Counted from the whole stretch's first letter, positions 11,760 through 25,032 are shown. The stretch: DNA of 63,507 nt, filler included, from Lenisia limosa (GCA_001655205.1; 10 parts of 10 records of this genome joined end to end with filler, not necessarily neighbours in it); one strand, 5' to 3'. Numbers and translations: made by a program. The notes: generated by a model not told the origin, from the sequence alone.

Positions 11760-14245
11760 GGCAGAGCTGAATAAAAAAGGAGTTCCATGAAGATGGATGG
11801 AAGGTTCTTAATGCTGAAGAACAGAACAAAATCTTGAACCAAGCCTGTACTACGTTCTTGAACAGAGACATTAAAAAATTGCCTGAGATTGCTTCTTTTT
11901 ACAAGATGGATTCAGCAAGCGACTACTCTTTTGAAATTCCAAAGTCCACATTCAAAGTCGCACTGAACAGGCTCCTTGAAGAAACAAACCAGGCTGCCAA
12001 GGAAAGAACTGGTGGTAGTCGAAGAAGTGTGGTGAAGTTTATTGGGTTCACCCCAGGAGCAAAGGGGGTTGACCATTAGTACAATAAAAACTCTTATGGA
12101 AGGAATTAAAATGGTAAGCAGGTGTCTTGTGGAAGAGGGTAAATGCCATTGAATGTAATTGTTTTGACGTTTTTAGCATGGCATGAAATCCGTTGGTCCT
12201 TACTACAAGAGTGCTGGCAAAAACTTGAAAAAGGTAAGGAAGGTATGTTGTTTATTATCCCCTGTCTTCGTTTATGGCCTAAGCCCAACCCCCAACTCAA
12301 TTTAATATTTAATTGACAATAATTATCATCTTATTAGCAGGAATAATGGCTTAGGTATTGGAAACGCGAAACAAAAAAACTCCTATTGCCAGACTTTGCA
12401 GGCACCATTGTTGAAAACATTGTGAAGTCTACGCCTTCTCATGACATACCCAACTCAAGAACCTTTTTCTTTGATGAAATAGCTTTCATGCTTGGGGATG
12501 AGGAACAAGCCACTGGGTTCAGCAATCTCAATCTCAAATCTTGATGGTGAGGTTGTAAATGGGCCAATCAGCATTGGAGGCGACGATTTCCTTGACAAAA
12601 CACCCAAGCCCATCCAACCAGTTCCCCTTTCTTCTTCAATTCCAAAGACTGGGGTCAAGCTTCTTGATGACTCTTTGAAGACCTACGCTGAAAATCCTCT
12701 TGTGAATGACGAGCTATTTGTCCTTTTTGTAGCTGCAAGAAAAGCAGCAGCGGATAGCGGCATGGTGCTATTAGGCGTAAATAAGTCTGCCTACTTCAAG
12801 CGAGAATCCTTTTTGGAATCACTAGCTCTCCTGTCCTGGGTTACTATGTTACCTTGATCCTATAAGCATGACTGTTCTAGGTTGCCCTACTTGCCTTTAC
12901 TTTGTTTGGTGTCATTTTAGTCATTGAACCTGCATTTGCAAGCCATTTTCTCCAAGTATGTGACGGTCAATAGAAAAGATGTGTCTGACGCAATAGGTTG
13001 CTGATAGCAAAGTGAACGATAAACAGAGCAAGGAGTTGGGTAGATGGCATGCAGTAAATGGAAAACGGTTTGTTGGGCTGACTGGTCGTTTCAGAAAGTG
13101 TTGTTTTTGTCTGTTTCTATTCATCCATACTACAATAATCACTTCTTAGAGACATAAAGGACTGGGAAGCTGTTGAAATCCTGGCGAAATCTCTCAAAGC
13201 CCCCTCACAAGCCCCAGCTTCGACTGCGTGAGAGCTTCTCAAGAGTCATGTGGGTACACCCCCGATGGGTTTGACCCATTGGAGATTGACATCAAGGACA
13301 ACTCTTTCGCCCCTCTCATTATCCCAATGTCACCCCCCTCCAATACCTCCATGCACTATATGTCTCAACAAACCTCCATACCCCTCCTCAAGCCCCCAAT
13401 CTCTATCTACCCACCCCATCCCAACCAACCTTTCTCGATACTCCGTCTATACTTAAGTCTGCTGAGTTTCGTATTTCACTGCATGTTGCCAAGGGTAATT
13501 GTGAACTCGCCTGCGAACAAGCACTTGCTCTCAGAGCAACAGCATTTGTCGCAAATGACCCACGTTGTCAACACCTTTCTTCTGAACAAAAGGCCTACTG
13601 TCAAGATGTCGCAGCTGCCCTATCGGTTGTCGCATTATGGTTTCCCAAAACACATGGGCCTTCACTCCCGAGCTGCCGAAGAATCACACTTCTCCATCAT
13701 TAAGGATGCTGTCATTTGTTCTGTAGATATTGGTCCTTCTCCAGACATTTTGAAAAAGCTTGTTCGTTTTTTTTCACAAAGCCGTGTGAACAGCTGGCAT
13801 TTCTTCGTCCTGGCCAGGTAGAATGGGATGTCCTTTGTGACCCACTTCTTGTATTTAATCATTTTCCCCGTTTTTCATGTTGACTCAAGTAGGTAGTCGC
13901 CAACCCTGAGGATATCAAGCCAAGTAGAGCCACAACAAGAGCCACCAAGCGAGGTGCGGTTCAGGGTCCGCACACCGTAGCCCCAGCCAAGCTAGTAGCT
14001 GCTGTCAAAGCGCGAAAGGCGAAAATAGGAAGAATGTGTAGATATGGTCTTTTTTGAGTTGTGTGTTTTCTTTGACATGTATGATCATTTTCAAAAAATT
14101 ACGGTACTTCCTTTTGATGAACTGTTTTTTGATATACACCTTTAAATAGCATATTTAAACAATTAAACTATTAAAAAAGGAACTCAGAAGAAAATCTAAT
14201 TTTGGACATGAATTCGGCATTTTGGACATGATTTCTGCGCCCCTG
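11760..14245 (+). mobile_element. Second, unrelated pogo-like DDE_1 transposon (decayed; left end probably lost in gap)
   Basis: Intronless, frameshifted ORF remnants with RTFFFDEIAF, LLCYLD, IEPAFASHFLQVCDG and ESCGYTPDGFDP. Right end has the direct repeat TTTTGGACATGA twice and ends GCGCCCCTG (reverse strand CAGGGGCGC). Confidence 0.6.
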
Positions 14246-14428
14246 CATATATTAANNNNNNNNNNNNNNNNNNNNNNNNNNNNNNNNNNNNNNNNNNNNT
14301 TAATTAATTAANNNNNNNNNNNNNNNNNNNNNNNNNNNNNNNNNNNNNNNNNNNNTTATTTCGTTTTTGTGTTACAATATAGCTATATCATATGTTGTAA
14401 TTCAAAATTCTCATGTGATCTTTTCAGG

Positions 14429-15940
14429 CTTGGCCAAACCAGTGCCAGGGGGTCCTTCAGCCAAACCAACCGCGGCTCCCTCCAAGCCGAAGGTATTCAT
14501 GACATCCTGTATTATCACTTGAGCTATGTGAAGACACAACAACGAAAATGTTGTGCCCGTATCAAATGTTTTTCATACTTTTGATAATTCCTTTTTTCGA
14601 TCCAGTAATCATGCAGGTGAGTACCAACCGGTTTGGAAGCGCCCCCAAAAACAGCCCTTTCTCGAAACCGTCGAAGAGCAAAAGGTCAGTAGGCGACTGT
14701 GTCTTATTTAGAAAGCCAATTATGCGAGGGGAAAACGCCGAAAGCGGTCCGGTTGGTCTACTGGGGAGGGGGGTAAAACAAAGACCGGTAAAATATCTAT
14801 TTATCAAGAATGTATCGAGATATTCCGGTTTTTGGGACCAAAGGGAAGCCCTAATGATCATAATTAGAAGATACCGGAATGAACAATAGGTTGACTAATT
14901 TCTTAGTGCGTTTGCAATGGCATACTCCTCAGGAGCACTCCCCTTCAGACTGAGTCATTCATCTGTTCATAACCAACTGTCTTGGTAGGATCGTTTATTA
15001 TCTTGTTTCTCTGCTGGGTCTTAAGGTGGAACTGTCAAAAATTTTAATACTTTGAAAAGCTACGAAAAATATATACTAATATAAAAACTATTCTTGAACA
15101 TAAAACAAGCATATCATATCATGTTGACTTCGTAGGACAATGTTACCCGAGGAAGTTTCTTACGATCCGTTACTAGTCCAAGTAGGTTCACACTCTTCAT
15201 GTCACAATTAGGTTGCTGAGGGCCTCTGTGAAACCGAACACCCATATTGTTTTGTTGCCCAAGAAGCGTTTTCAACAATGTGCGCCGCACCTGGCGCTGC
15301 GCTCAAGTCATCGGGTATCATACCTGCTGTTTTGAGAGGGGTATGAGGGTGTGTTCACTCGCACTCTGTTGTCACAAGTTCGTACATCACTATTGCTATT
15401 GTATGCTGGGAGGCACGCAGAAATCTGTGTGCACAGAGTTGTAAGGCAAATGATTGGTGAATTAATATTATAGTATAATCCAATATCTCTTATAAGCGTG
15501 ANNNNNNNNNNNNNNNNNNNNNNNNNNNNNNNNNNNNNNNNNNNNNNNNNNNNNNNNNNNNNNNNNNNNNNNNNNNNNNNNNNNNNNNNNNNNNNNNNNN
15601 NNGTAGGTCACTTTGATTAGTCTTTTACATTTCACTCGCATCTTCAGTTTAGAGGCTCGTTTGCTAAGAACAACACGGCCATTTCAAGGAAGACTTTAAT
15701 CGCACTCGGTCAGTTCGGCTTCACTATGGGGCCTGATATTCTGCCACATCTCCCTGCAGTGCTCACAGCCGTCAATAAATGTCTTGCCAAGAAGGAGTTG
15801 AAAACAGTTGCGCTTGATACTCTTCAGGTACGTTATCTGTTTTTGTTGCTTACGTGTAGGCCATTGAAGAGGCCTGCGGCCCTGAGGCTGCGTCTGTTAT
15901 TAAATCTAAAATCCCCACTTATTCGTCAATTCACTTTTGA
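14429..15940 (+). CDS. PACRGL: PACRG-like protein (5' end partial)
   Basis: SAFAMAYSSGALPFRLSHSSVHNQLSW, EEVSYDPLLVQVAEGLCETEHPYCFVA and C-terminal VIKSKIPTYSSIHF* match PACRGL motifs. Confidence 0.85.
15408..15501 (+). repeat. Intronic repeat family B (~150 bp; GAGGCACGCAGAAAGCTGTGTGCACAGAGTTG...GATGGTGTGGACGGCTTTGGCCAAATACAACC)
   Basis: Full or partial copies at ~15408, 32418-32565 (reverse), ~37815 and ~38010 (reverse), ~41944, ~43245 (reverse), ~45211, 48865-49055, ~49860. Confidence 0.85.
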
Positions 15941-16103
15941 ACAACAGTCCGTGATTTTTATCTTAAAAAAAGCATCAACTTCATAAATTGGGGTATTATT
16001 AATACATTACCCAAGATCAAATAACGAAGAAGAATCAACAGTTTGGCAAAAAGGGGAAACATCATTGGAAACAAAATCAAAAAACGGGAAATTGATGAAA
16101 ATT

Positions 16104-19010
16104 CAACGCTCGATGAGATTGAGAATGGAGGTCTTGGCATTCATTGCTGCATCTTGGTATCGCGGACCTAAGCATATTACACCACCCATCCAATCAAATC
16201 ATTCATTAATCCCCATCCATTTAACCATGTAAATGACACTAATAAAAGGACAACAATTCTGAATTTCAAACCTGACATCACTGCGGAGGTTAAAGGCTCG
16301 GTAATCACTGGCTCGTTAAAAGACACACTGGGGTCTTCTAAACTAACTTCCTCCGGGATATTCTGGTGTGTAAGGCGTGTAGTGCGGTAAAATAACTATA
16401 GTTTCAGCTTAAAATAATGAAGGCATACCGAATACGCCTGGTCTTTGCTTGGTGACAGCTCGGCAAGGGATGCAGGTTCCGCCTAAATGATGTTGGCCTA
16501 GGTACTGGCCCACAGCCACAAAAAACCAAGTAAATTTACCCATACATTTAGACAATTTAGCGATGAGAAATAAAAATAGCCAGTATCTGCCATCCACTCC
16601 ATCAATATTAGACGAACAATAGCGAAATCAGTCGAAGTTTAGATGGTAACGATACAATAAAAGAGGACGGCAAGTGCCCCCACCAGCAAATTGAGATCTT
16701 CATTCAGATAATCAGGTTCTGTTACCATCATGGGGTAGAGTGGTGGTGAGCTGAAGTCCCTGGAAAGTTGGTCCAAAGTTTGAAGAAAATTATCACCATT
16801 ACAACCAGAGTGAAACAGCCTTGCTGGAAACCACATACATTAGCTGCGGAGTTGGGGACTGGAACCTTGGTTGTGAAATGCCTTCCTCTATCAGGTCTAC
16901 AGAATAAGAAATGAGGGTAAAACATTTTGCAATTGATCATAGTCGTCCTTACTTTGCGAATAATCGGGTCGCGCGGGCCTAAGAGAATTAGAAAGGACAA
17001 AACCAAAGGTATTACAAGGAGTCCTCCCCCCCTCCCCACTTTTTCACTCCTTGTCCGGCGAAGGCAAGGCGACTTAATTGGCTGGCAAGCTCCTGGATGG
17101 CCGACGCTGCATCTTGCTCTGATATCCTCTCTGAATCGTCAGAATCATCATCACAACACGATTGAATGACTCCCTCAAACTGTTCACTGAGTCATCCTTA
17201 ATTTGGTTCATTTTCTGCTGGATGGCGACAATGATGTTGAGATAAGGCACCATTTCAGGGTTGATCAAATCTCGCTTTCTCCAACTAAAAGGATAAGAGA
17301 GACGATAAACTTACTCTTCCACTTCTTTAAAAGTCCATGTTGTGAGGGCCTGTGAAGATTGCTCTTCTGGTTCTGTGTGAGTAAGTGAATTGTTTTCTTG
17401 CAGATACAATTATAAATTCTGAAGAGAATAATTGACAATCATATGTACATGACACAAATTTGTAATGACTGAAGCAACATAATAATATGATAAACTTGGT
17501 GGAACTGGGCCACAAACAAAAGAAATGGACAAGAAACTTACTTGAAGGCGTAACTCTCTTTTCGCGCTTATACGACGGATTGTTACGGTATGTCGATACC
17601 ACGAATGGAGGTGACATAATATCAATCAGAGGATCCGGGAAATAAAGCGCTATCTTGAAGCGTAAGAGAAAAAAAAACAAAAAACAATTAACACTAGCAT
17701 ACCCTGAATCCACCATAGTAGTCAGCTGACACTTTATGGATGGCAAACTCAACATGGGCATGGCCCTCCATGTCAAAGTACACCTCAAGTTTATTCGCTA
17801 GAGGATGAGAAAAAGGATGTTAGCAAACCAGGCGGCGCAAGGTTGTGTCGAGGCTTGCGGCCGCGTTGCTTCGTTTGTTTTGGCGGATTCTCAACAACCA
17901 GCAGCGGATCCGATATCTACAAAGATGAAAACAAGGAGAAATATTGTCGGCCCAGATCCCACATACCACGTTGCTATGGTTGTCAAGAAGGTAGATATGC
18001 ACCTTCACCTCTTTCCCTTGGTATTGTGTGGGAATCCTGGAGGATGAAACAAGGCAAGTCCCTTTTGGCACCAACCTCATTCCAAGTTTTATCAATGAAA
18101 ACCCAACGTTTTGCGATGAGTCATATATGGGTTGGTTTTTCGTCGGGAACCCAACAACCGCCACGTTATTTCCAGATGGAACTTTCTGGCAGATCCTACG
18201 ACAATCAAACATATCACAAAGAGGAATAAAACACCCCACTTACACTGGCTCTTTATTCATCTCAGATTCTGGGGGGACAGCTGCGTCGTTAGATATACCC
18301 TCATCGAAAATGATAGTGATTTGGCTTAGTTTTAAAGATGCATAAAAGAGAATAAAATTCACGTAAGGGCCGAAGCAAATAGATGGAGGATGTTCTATCA
18401 TAAATAGTGTGGGCATTACCTTTTTCGACTCTTTTTCGCTTAGCAGGGTGAGGTACAACGGTTGAAACCGGCTCCTGCTCTTTTGGTACTGGATTTGATA
18501 TTAATGCGACAGAAAAAAGAGGCAATAGTCCGGCCGAATACAACCCACAACAATACTTGGGGTATAGGATGGTATATCAATAAAATAACAATACTAATCG
18601 TTTCAAGATATATTAAAGAGCTTACCCATATATTAGTCATTAAAACTCGTGTAAAAAAAAAAAAAACATCGTTCAAAAATCAGAGTCTACATTATTATAC
18701 TTCCATCCTACAGTTAAGAAGCTTGATGAGGTTCTCAGATTGAAACATCTGAGTTACATTTACTGCCTGGTTTGTCAATTTAAAGATGTTGGTATGGTCA
18801 TACATTTGTATTGATAGGAACAATGGCAGAAGACGATGGCTCCAGTGAATGACGAGATGACAAAAACAGATCAGGAGGTTGTATCTCATTAATTCCTGGA
18901 GATAGCGGTGATCGACTTAAAAGGTAATCATCTTGAAGGGTAGAAGGCTCCTGATTGAGTCCCAAAGGACTTGAAGAGTCAAAGCGAAAAGGAAGAGAGA
19001 GTTCGCCCAT
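16104..19010 (-). CDS. Putative transcription factor with CudA-like/Ig-fold DNA-binding domain
   Basis: Ser/Pro-rich N-terminus and NLS PAKRKRVEK. Beta-rich domain KEVKVHIYLLDN...LEVYFDMEGHAHVEFAIHKVSADYYGGFRFKIALYFPDPLIDIMSPPFVVSTYRNNP. The family call is inference. Confidence 0.4.
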
Positions 19011-19657
19011 CTTAATCTAGCAATATTTCAATATTTCCTTAAGTTTGTGGTGTGAGAGAATCAATTTTGGTTTTTTTTTNNNNNNNNNNNNNNNNNNNNN
19101 NNNNNNNNNNNNNNNNNNNNNNNNNNNNNNNNNNNNNNNNNNNNNNNNNNNNNNNNNNNNNNNNNNNNNNNNNNTCCTTTTTACATTTGGTTGTAGATGT
19201 TATGGATTCTCGATATTTTTAATCCTAGTCTACTGGGGTTTAGCTTCCAAAGCAATAAAAACTCCTTTCCCCTCTTGTAATAGAGAATAGAGCAGTTTGA
19301 GCCCATACCATGCTTTTTATAACGTGGTCTGGGTATAGTACGCTCATACATATCGTTTTTCCCCAAAAATCATGTGACCACTATTTGTTATCTTCTCTTC
19401 GCCCTGTTCGCCTCTGCTATAAAGCAAAATGCGAGCAGGGAGAAGAGGAAGGCCGAAAAATTAAAAAGGTGCCTCTCCCCATCCCTCAGAATGCTAACCA
19501 CCCCTTGACTTTGCGTTTCTTTTTTCTTTTTTTTTCTCCTTTTTTCTCCTTTCCTTAATTAGTAATTCAAATTTCAATTGTGGGTGCTGTTGTAGAAACT
19601 TATTAAAGCGGTGAATAAAAAGCAAGAGGAGGGGAGTTGGCCAGTTGCTTGAAGGAG

Positions 19658-21777
19658 ATGGAAGCGCCTGCTCATGATGGCTTTGTACCCCAAACAAGGT
19701 GAAGATCAGAATCATTTTGGGTGTTGAATTACAAGAGGCTTTGTTTTTGAAGATCGTTGAGAGGATGCCAATACAAAACATACACCTATATTTCTGTTCT
19801 TCTACATGAGTCCGTTCTGATGGATTCAGGGCGGTACCCAAAAGCTTGCCTGTGGATAGACCTTCATCTGATGCGGCTGAGAGATTTACATCTTTGGTGA
19901 AGCTCTTGACCTTTTACTTCTCATCAGCAAACCTTTCAAAGGGTGGGTTGTGATGCAGAATACAGGATATTGTTAAGTGAGTTGTCAAAGTCCATAACAG
20001 CTTCGTTATATCCTTTTTCTCAGGGATGGGGACTTTCTTTCTCATTTCCTGCTTATGCAGCAGTCAAAACGTGTGTAACATTCATTCGGAACAGAAATGC
20101 ACTCTTTTAATTGTTCACAATACGATATTTACGATTCAGATCGATGGATGCGTCACCAGTTGGATGCCTGTGATGGCAGTAAGCTTGGTCATCTTTAGCT
20201 TAATTATCAATCGTTGCATAGTTTTCAATTCAGAGCTGTCCCATTTACATTATCAGAGCTGTCAATTGAGAGCTTCCATAAGTTCAATAGGGTGAAGCTC
20301 CTCCACCCTACAACTCAAAATATCATCGATGCCTTAAAACAAGTTTGTTGGGGGGTCTCCCTTCCCTCTCTCCCTTTATGTTGTTCTTTTCAGATAGTGC
20401 TGTTAACTGCTCAGGTTCCCACAGTTGAACTGGTTGATTCTAAAACTATTAAACTTAAATCTGTATTACCTGCTATGGAGAAGGAGAATGAGGCTGTTAT
20501 CTATGTGGTATGCTCCTGAGAAAGTGAATCTGGTCTTATTTTTAGGAACGTTTTGGCAAACAAACAATTGATAGTTTGAAAGCCCAATTTGAAACAGTGG
20601 GCAAAGTTCAATTTGTGAGACTTCCTACTTGGCCAAATGGCGAGATCAAGGGTTATGCTTTTATCGACTACGAAAAGATGGAAGAGGCTGAAAAAGTACG
20701 TGTGTTTTAATGAGAGAATTTAACAGGTCTTTGTGTTCCCTCTTTGGTTTATTTATTGCTTCCATACCGTTCTTCCCTAGTTGATTAACCAATTAGGCTG
20801 TTGAGAAGTTTAACACCTACCCTGACGGAATGAAAGTTATGTTGAGGTATGTCATGGCTGTTATCTTTTTAGAAATAATTTGCCTTGTTTAAGTTCACAA
20901 ATTACAATTAGATCTTCCTGGATTGAGCTGAGAGACGAATATAAAGAACTCATCAAAACCCAACATGAGACCCTCAGGGGTAACAGAAAGTCAAAGAGCT
21001 TGTCAGGTACATCCGCTTTTTGTTGTCTCTATCTTACTCTTCAGAGCATTTCCCTCCTGGTGTCTTGGTTCATGTGGTTGGAATTGGAGCTTCCCCAAAA
21101 CCAAACGCTCATACCGTGAAGGTTTGTTTCGTCAACTTAAAGAATGTTAAGTGTTTGTTTCTAACCCTCGCAGTCAATCATGCAAACCTTTGGACGAGTA
21201 GCTTATGTCGATTACACCGTCGACCTCAATGAAGCCATTGTACGTTACACTTCAGCAGACGCAGCCACTCGAGCGGCTGACGGATTGAACAACGAAGAAG
21301 AGAAACTTGGCGGCCAATATGTGAAAGCTGCTGTGTTGACTGGTTTGTTTCAGGAGTGCTTTGATCACTTTTATTCTTATAGGAGACATGGAGACAGTGT
21401 ATTGGGAGGAGGTGATGAAGAAACGGCAGAAGCGCAAGGAGGAGAGACCAGTTAAAAACGCTCCTTCAGAACCAAAGAAGAAGACAGCAAAAAGACCAGT
21501 TTGTTCCTTTCTATTCTCACAAAATAGGCGCAAACAGTTTCATTCGACAGTGATGGGGAAGAAGAGGCACCGAAAGCCGTTGAAGTGTTACCTGAGAAAA
21601 AGGAGACACCTCCGGAAGAGGCACCTGAGAGCAAGGATAACGCTGAGGCTGATGCTGAGGCTGATGGTTAGTTATTTGCTTTTCTCACATTATCTTCTAG
21701 GATCTAAAAAGAGAAAGAGGAGAAGAGGCGCAAGAGGAGGTAAGAAGAAGAAGGAAGAAGGAGAAGGGGCTGAATAG
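19658..21777 (+). CDS. LARP7: La-related protein 7-like (La motif + RRM1 + C-terminal xRRM)
   Basis: La motif LLTFYFSSANLSK|DRWMRHQL..SFHKFNRVK; RRM1 GEIKGYAFIDYEKMEEAEKA followed by SSWIELRDEY; xRRM VAYVDYTVDLNEAIVRY...LTGDMETVYWEEVMKKRQ; acidic/basic tail. Confidence 0.75.
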
Positions 21778-21828
21778 GTAAAATTGATTTCAATATATTA
21801 TACTTGTACTATATTATGAAGGAAGGGG

Positions 21829-22779
21829 CTATGATTCAGCATTCGTAGCATGGCTACTGAATAGGTCTTCAACATCTTGGTCGCATATCGTGGGTTCAAT
21901 TTGACCAATGAACTTATCTTCTGGAACAACAATGGTGGAGCCCTCCAAAGCTGTCGTGACCTCAAGTTGACATGACAGTCTGGTTCTGTATAGTTAACCC
22001 ATACGTCCTGACTATATTCGAGGATGGCTGACGTATTTGGTTTTTGCCATACCTATCTGGCTGATAGTAGAACGCATCTAAAAGGTCGAGTTCTGTATCC
22101 GAGACGTCACGATACTACTCAATATTAGTAAAGGGGGCTGGGAGGGGGGCAAGAATAAAAGCAAAAATGAGCACACGCTCATGTCCACCATATACAAACG
22201 TGAGGGAAACTCTTCTCGTCAAGGGCAACGTGGCATGACGTGCATTCCATCTGCGCTTCACAGACTCCGAAACCATCTACACCGTACATTAGTAGTGCGG
22301 AGTACATGAAGTGCTACACTTGCACCAACCACTATTCTTCAAGCCGGTCGCTTCTCGAATAGCAGCCATGAGATTCATGCCGACGGGGGCTGAGGCCTTC
22401 ACAATGCTGCCTTGAAGTGCAACATTGAAAGAAACTCTACAGTGAGAAGGTGAGAATTGTGCTTTTGGTTTTATATAGTGCTAAAACAAAAATTAAAAAT
22501 GCAATCAAAACCGTGGATGATAAATGGGTCGGAAAATGGATAGAGAACTGTGTGCTTGAAGCGGGAATACAATTTCTTCACAAAAACCGCCCCTAAAGAA
22601 TACACATCCATTATTTGTGTCTGAGTGATACAAAGAGGATTGGGGAGGAGCAAGGGGATAATTGCCACCTGCGACATCCGAGAAATCTTCTCCAATCCGA
22701 ACCAACGCACCACACCCCCCAACTGAGATAGGAACCTTGAGACACCAAAAGAGAACAAACTACACATAGTCGATGTCAT
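21829..22779 (-). CDS. Mitochondrial adrenodoxin-type [2Fe-2S] ferredoxin
   Basis: DGFGVCEAQMECTSCHV (Cx5Cx2C), RLSCQLEVTTALEGSTIVVP, and a presequence-like N-terminus. Confidence 0.85.
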
Positions 22780-23081
22780 GAAGCAACAAACTGGCAAAAA
22801 AATGCAGAAAAAATCTCAAATACAAACCAGATTTCCAAGGAGTGCTTATATACAACGAAATATGACGAGTGACACCTTCCTTTTTGAGAAAGCCTAGCCG
22901 AAACTTTTTAACCGATTATTTTCTCCGTGTGCTCCAGATACAAGTGAAATATAGTTTCTTAGTGTGAAGTTAAGAATGAAGAATGAATACCAGACCAGTT
23001 TCTCAAGATAGTCTGTACTTTTCACATCTTTTCACGATTTTCGGCCTACATCCAAATTGCTGTCTCTGAGCGTCTTTAGCG

Positions 23082-25032
23082 ATGTTAGCCAATAACAGTC
23101 CAAATCTTAGTCAAACCATTGTCTCACCACCGCATTTGACCGGCTCTCCGTTGAATATTGTATGTATTTGAAATTGCTTTTACCAAATCTGTATCAACAC
23201 GCCTTTTCTCAAGCGGTTTTGTCATTTTACACTTTTGTCCCATAAAATCAAAAAGTTTTTGTTATAACTATTTTGGAGTTGTCATACTTTCATTGTTTTT
23301 CCTAATTATATCATATTGAAAGATTATCAAAATTGAAATGTTATCCTTTTGACACGTTAGGCCGTAGACATCACAAAAGCGTCTCCTCCTCCATGTAGGC
23401 CAACTTTCACTTATTAAACCTTTAGTGTCATTTTCGGTGAAACTATTTGATGTTGACACAACATGTCGGCCCAATGTAAGAAAATAACAATGATACTTCA
23501 TCCTATAGTCTGTCAATTCACGAGGAAGCCCCAATCAACCATCAATCATTTCAGATGTATGTACCACTGAATTTAACAACATCTTATATCTCAGCTTGAA
23601 AATGGGCAACTTGGCCAAATTCCACAAGGTCTTCAAGACTCCACTTCAACCTGTGTTGAAACTGGTTGGTCAGATGTAACACTTATACTCCTTAGCTAAC
23701 ATAGAAAGTGACGATGATTGGCTCTCTGATTCTGACAACAATGCTCCTTATCATCAAGTTGGAATTTTAAGTAATTTTACTTTCAAGGTTTATCAATTCC
23801 CAAACCCAAATCTTTCAAATGGGAATATGACCACACTCCTTCCCTCTATTATTTCACCTTTCCAGAACAATAACCCAAAACCATCACGTAGGTTGTGTGT
23901 TACTTGGAAGTTTTATAAAATAGCAGCCATTACCTCACTTCCTCCACAAGAGCAAAAAGAATCCTCTCATAGTTGGTTTTGAAGTTTGGCTAACCCTACC
24001 CAATAGGAAGTCGTCCAAGAGTGTCATATAACAAATTCACTGATTTCAGTGGTTTGCAGTGGTTGTGATTTACATGATACAGACACTTACGAAGAATCAT
24101 CCACACCATCGTCTAGCACTCCAAGAATTGGTCCAAAGTTGGAAATATCACAAAAAGGTGCTTAATATTTAGAAAACTCTTTTTCTCTGAATTCAATCAA
24201 GAAGTTCGGCCTTCAATACAAGCAAGCAATACTGAGGTAGTATAATTATTGTGAAACCATTTACACATTAGTCGAGGCATTTACCGTCTTCTAATGAAAT
24301 GGCTATGTAAGTAGAACTGTGTATAATAGCCAACGTTTAGGGCTTTAAGCAACACCCAAACAGTGAGAGAAATGGTTGACAAGATTCCGAAAGTTATTCC
24401 ATCAAGAGTAAGCCGTGCTTCCATATGCATATCGTATGCATAGTATATTACACAAAAAAAAATTTAACACAGTTAATTATACATGTATATTTATCTTCAG
24501 CCTGAAGACAATTTGGCAACCAAAGAAGGTGAACTGGTGAGCAATTTTCATAATTATAATATACAGGGGTATGCAGTGTGTGGAGTTCGGAATCAACGTG
24601 GCCGGCCCTGTATGAGAATCGGTAAGATTGTTACAACTTTGTGTAATAACTATGTACATGCGAAAATGACAACATTATGAGTAACCAAGACAGGTCATTG
24701 TCCATTTCATGCCAATACAAAACCAATTGGAGTTCGCCCAAAAGTTGGAACCCAGGTAATCAGAAAAGGTAGGAAGGTGTAATAGGTTACCACATAGGCC
24801 CATTTAAAAAGACATGGAGCGATGAAGAGCATCGATTGTTTCTTCTTGGTGAGCTTTTTTTTAGTTTATTCTGTAGGTGTTGCTCGATTTGGAAAAGGAT
24901 CATGGAAAGATGTGGCCAGCTTAGTTGGCACGCGAAATGCATCTCAGGTAGTTTCCCACTCATTAACACATCAAGGTACAATCACATGCAACAAAATATT
25001 TTATGCGACAAAAAAAGGGTTCCTCAACCTAG
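23082..25032 (+). CDS. SHAQKYF-class single Myb transcription factor with upstream Cys/His motif
   Basis: KTWSDEEHRLFLLGVARFGKGSWKDVASLVGTRNASQ|VQSHATKYFMRQ; upstream CGVRNQRGRPCMRIGHCPFH; low-complexity N-terminal exons. Confidence 0.8.

Noticed and set aside
5014-14040. Stop-codon reassignment suggested by in-frame TGA/TAG in long coding-like stretches
   Set aside because: The stops are confined to decayed transposases that also have frameshifts. Host genes end normally in TAA, TAG and TGA.
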